Shown here piece after piece: positions 54,304-54,960 of a stretch of DNA of 54,960 nt (its first letter is position 1; every line of letters starts with the position of its first letter). The notes beneath the pieces were generated by a model. It searched no databases and was not told the origin of the DNA. It saw only the letters and a program-made list of their open reading frames with translations. The DNA comes from Candidatus Woesearchaeota archaeon (lineage in GTDB: Archaea > Nanobdellota > Nanobdellia > SCGC-AAA011-G17 > UBA489). Where the stretch lies: the NCBI GenBank assembly GCA_016845225.1, contig JAERTB010000009.1, positions 1 to 54,960 of the forward strand, written 5' to 3'. Both the position numbers and the translations under genes were made by a program.

Positions 54304-54960
54304 ACACAAAAAAACTAAGGATATTAGCAATTTTCATGACACTCTTAGTAATTACTCTTCCAATAGCAGTTACTGCAAGAGTAATAGATGCAGACACTTC
54401 AAATCAAGCAGATTCAATTAATCAAGAATTAGAAAGAAGATTTACTGAACCTCCAGCAGGACAAGATATTATTGGAGAAGATATCATAATAAATATTGCA
54501 CAATACCAACCAGATGTAATTCGTGCAGGACTTTTAGAAGATCAAGGAGTTGTAGTTTATGCCGTATTATCGGGAACCCCTACAAATCCCACAGTAACAA
54601 TTCCGAGAATAAGAGATGTAGATATTCTTTCTTATAACGTAATAACCAATCCTCCAGAAACAACTGTCAAGGTTGGAAGAATTGCATATATCCCTCCAAG
54701 AGGTGGACAAATTTCTTATTCAAACATGGGATATTTAGCAGTTCCAATTATGAGAATTCCAAAAGAGGCAGATGTTCCAGATGAAATAACTTTAGAAGTT
54801 GACGCAAGAGTGTTATTTGATGTTTCTTCAGGCATGGGGGCAAGCCCAACAAAGTTAGTACTAAGACAACAAAGTTCAGATGAATGGGGAACCACAAAAG
54901 AAGATAATCGTTACTTAGACACTTACATTCAAGCAGAACAGATTGGCAGCGATTCAGTTA
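54300..54960 (+). CDS. secreted hypothetical protein, 3'-truncated by the window end
   Basis: I translated it by hand: MNTKKLRILAIFMTLLVITLPIAVTARVIDADTS..., open to the last base. ATGA overlap with the previous stop. Not in the ORF track because no stop is present. Confidence 0.6.
   Translation, partial: MNTKKLRILAIFMTLLVITLPIAVTARVIDADTSNQADSINQELERRFTEPPAGQDIIGEDIIINIAQYQPDVIRAGLLEDQGVVVYAVLSGTPTNPTVTIPRIRDVDILSYNVITNPPETTVKVGRIAYIPPRGGQISYSNMGYLAVPIMRIPKEADVPDEITLEVDARVLFDVSSGMGASPTKLVLRQQSSDEWGTTKEDNRYLDTYIQAEQIGSDSV

Noticed and set aside
1-54960. CRISPR arrays, transposases, integrases, rRNA genes
   Set aside because: I scanned for regularly spaced direct repeats and for the relevant protein motifs in the ORF track. 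None were seen. The only tandem repeats are in-frame coding repeats at 13063-13116 and 49872-50029.
49456-54960. Integrated mobile element targeting the tRNA cluster
   Set aside because: The accessory-looking genes flank four tRNAs. However, I found no integrase and no direct repeat of any tRNA 3' end (att-like) downstream within the window. The question stays open only because the window ends inside the cluster.

Overview
AT-rich, very gene-dense archaeal chromosomal segment. It probably comes from a reduced-genome DPANN-type archaeon. That is an inference from the archaeal replication, transcription and translation genes, a BHB-intron tRNA, a genomically encoded tRNA-Ile(UAU), short proteins and many 1-8 nt gene overlaps. 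I support about 60 CDS, 6 tRNAs and no rRNA. I saw no CRISPR array, transposase or integrase.

Core genes:
- Translation: serS, ileS, aIF-2beta, aIF-1A, a KH/Dim2-like protein, an NMD3-like protein, kae1, ychF, map, trm5-like, and an unannotated 34-aa rpl41e.
- Replication and DNA topology: topA, family B DNA polymerase, fen1, RFC large and small subunits, mcm followed by an RPA32-like OB/wH protein, topoisomerase VI B and A, radB-like.
- Transcription: tbp.
- Proteostasis: cdc48, thermosome, htpX, PAC2-like.

Accessory or poorly explained loci, none proven:
1. A ~7.6 kb minus-strand operon (1801-9436): wHTH, two large vWA membrane proteins, two unknown membrane or coiled-coil proteins, MoxR and DUF58.
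2. A locus between tRNA genes (49809-50692): a membrane-anchored polybasic tandem-repeat protein convergent with a membrane-anchored Hjc-like nuclease.
3. A cluster directly after tRNA-Thr/tRNA-Val (51143 to the window end): two translationally coupled cysteine-rich secreted paralogues (the first with a prepilin-like N-terminus), a small wHTH, a 660-aa protein with a KKGQ class III signal, and a further secreted protein.
4. An ORF (45770-46774) whose C-terminal part resembles the N-terminal domain of FlaI/PilB secretion ATPases, with no ATPase domain following it.
5. A 765-aa surface protein with Cys-rich modules.

All family calls come from motif recognition by eye. No searches were run.
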